Positions 62,183-64,000 of a DNA stretch of 64,000 bases are shown piece after piece; positions within the stretch are counted from its first letter, which is position 1, and each line of letters begins with the position of its first letter. This DNA is from Podarcis tiliguerta. Lineage: Eukaryota. Under the pieces are notes generated by a model that was not told where the DNA came from, made no database searches, and saw only the letters and a list, made by a program, of their open reading frames with translations. The stretch is taken from assembly GCA_965153285.1 (NCBI GenBank), contig OZ229126.1; one strand, 5' to 3'. The position numbers were made by a program, and so were the translations under genes.

Positions 62183-63813
62183 TGCAGCCCAATTCCATAC
62201 AAGCTTATTCGGGAGAAAGACAAGCTAGCCTACATCCTTGAAGGAAAAACACACACACAGTTCTGAATGCAAACACCCAATTGCAGTATATACACGCATG
62301 GCACATTCATCACTACAGTATGAAGGGGTGACACCCGTATGTCAATGAGCCACCCCAGATCAAAAAAGACCGAGAGGGCTCTTTCACAGCATGTCGAAAT
62401 ACAATGTCTTTCCATTCCTAGAGCAATTTCGTTCGTGGGATTGTTACACCCACGCCTTGGGCACTGGAAGTCCTCGAGAAAAGAACGTCCACGTCGTGTG
62501 AACAGCACACTTGTGTGCTCGTGCTTAAGCCTCGAATACTTTCCTAGACCCCCTTGTGAGCAAACATGTTTAGGATTATGATAGTGGTGGGGCTGTAAAA
62601 GTGGCGTGGCACGGCTTCATTCCCCCCGCCCTGCCCTGCCCTGCCCTGCCCCCGCTCAGCTCCCCAATGCGCTTGTCACAGCTAGATGGGATTTGGTGAG
62701 GATGCCGAAGTTCTTCTAAAGCGCCTGTCGACTTCACTTTTGCTCGCATAGCGTGTACATACTCGACTAAATAGAAAGCAGAGATGTTAGGGGCGTGATC
62801 GCGGAGTGGGGGGGGGGAGGGCCTCCCTTCCCCTCTACCCTTTCTCTGTTTGCAAAATAAAGCTCAGTGTGAGCTGCCATAACAAAATACAGGGCCAGTT
62901 TTTACACACACACACTGCGTTCTCAGAGGACTCTTAATTCCGTGCGTCTTTGTATCTACGAGGATCAGGCAACCGCTGATTTAAAGGCAGTGTCCTATTT
63001 TATGAACCCAGATCCTCAATCGTGCTAAAATTAGTGGAATTCACAGCTTCAGCCCAAGTGCTTAAGGCTTAACTGCGTGAGAGAGCGCTCTCTGTGTCCT
63101 CTGTCGATGTGTGTGTGAGAGATGTTGTAGTACGTATATAAACCCTCTGTCTCTTCAGTCATTCTAGCACTGCTGCTAGAGAGGTGAAGCACTTCAACAA
63201 CAACCGAACAGCAGCAATGATAATGATCACGTTCTGCAACCAACATGGCTGGACACATTAACCTGGAACCAAGCCCTTTTGAAAGCTATGGAGTCTTCAT
63301 TCTAATGACCGATTTTCATTCATTCATTAAGCAACTTTAAATCCCAATGATTTCAGCCTGAGAGATGTGCACTACGACCCACCACATCTCTTAGGTCCCA
63401 TTGATTAATCTTTTTGCTGCTTCCAACCCAAGTTAAGGGTGTGCCCAGACTGCTGCCTTCCAAGCGCGTGTTGAATGCTCCGATTAAATAACTTTTTAAA
63501 AGTGCCCCAGGATGTGTGGTTTGGTCGGCACTGATTTAGTAGGCAGAATTTACACTGGTCTTTACGCTGCTTATTTTCCCCCTCCTCATCCAGAGCATAG
63601 CACTTCTCTCCTTCTGCACAGTTCTTTCTCAACCTCATGAATCCTGCTGGGTTTTACACGTAGAGAGATAAAGCTGGAGAGAGATTCACGCAACCCTCCG
63701 ATTTAAGGGGGGAACGTCAGAGGAGATGCATGGAGGGGGTTTCGTTGCTTATCCCCATCGAAAGTATTAGTATTAGTATTGTTACTGTCATCATCATCAA
63801 AACCCCCATCATC

Positions 63814-63849
63814 ACTACTACTACTACTAGTAGTAGTAGTAGTAGTAGT
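63814..63849. repeat. (ACT)5(AGT)7 inverted trinucleotide repeat
   Basis: Read directly from the sequence. Confidence 0.9.
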
Positions 63850-64000
63850 GTACAGACATTTTGTCTAGACGCAGGAGAATATAAAACACCACAGCTAAAT
63901 TTGCAATTTGCAAACCTTTGTAGACTACCTTTGTGTGGGCTTTACACACACACAAAACCACATGCATTGAGTTACTAAACCAACCTGCGCGCAATCAAGT

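Overview
Vertebrate genomic DNA, almost certainly from a squamate and probably a lacertid lizard, judged from Sauria/Squam1 SINEs, a Squam3-type SINE and a tRNA-Lys/CR1-tailed SINE. The window holds the 5' half of PAX5 on the minus strand: alternative first exon 1B (MEIHCKHDPFAAMH-) in a large CpG island, paired-box exons 2 and 3, exon 4, and exon 5 (octapeptide YSISGILG and the NKRKR NLS). All have canonical GT-AG junctions and the exon sizes known for mammalian PAX5 (166/198/65/129 nt). Positions 1-26336 are intron 5. I could not find exon 6 onward or the B-cell exon 1A. The rest is intronic or upstream DNA with many SINEs, Tc1/mariner and hAT MITEs, L2 and CR1 3' ends, one solo LTR, microsatellites and a symmetric N-gap. 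Nearly all ORF-track entries are spurious. I see no convincing novel multi-gene system. The best leads are candidate reptile counterparts of the Pax5 intron-5 B-cell enhancer, an unexplained ~100-bp element present in both intron 3 and intron 5, a hairpin-rich solo LTR inside a SINE, several nested TE insertions, uORFs in a probably long 1B leader, and a speculative alternative first exon. TE family names come from recalled consensus features, not from a database search.
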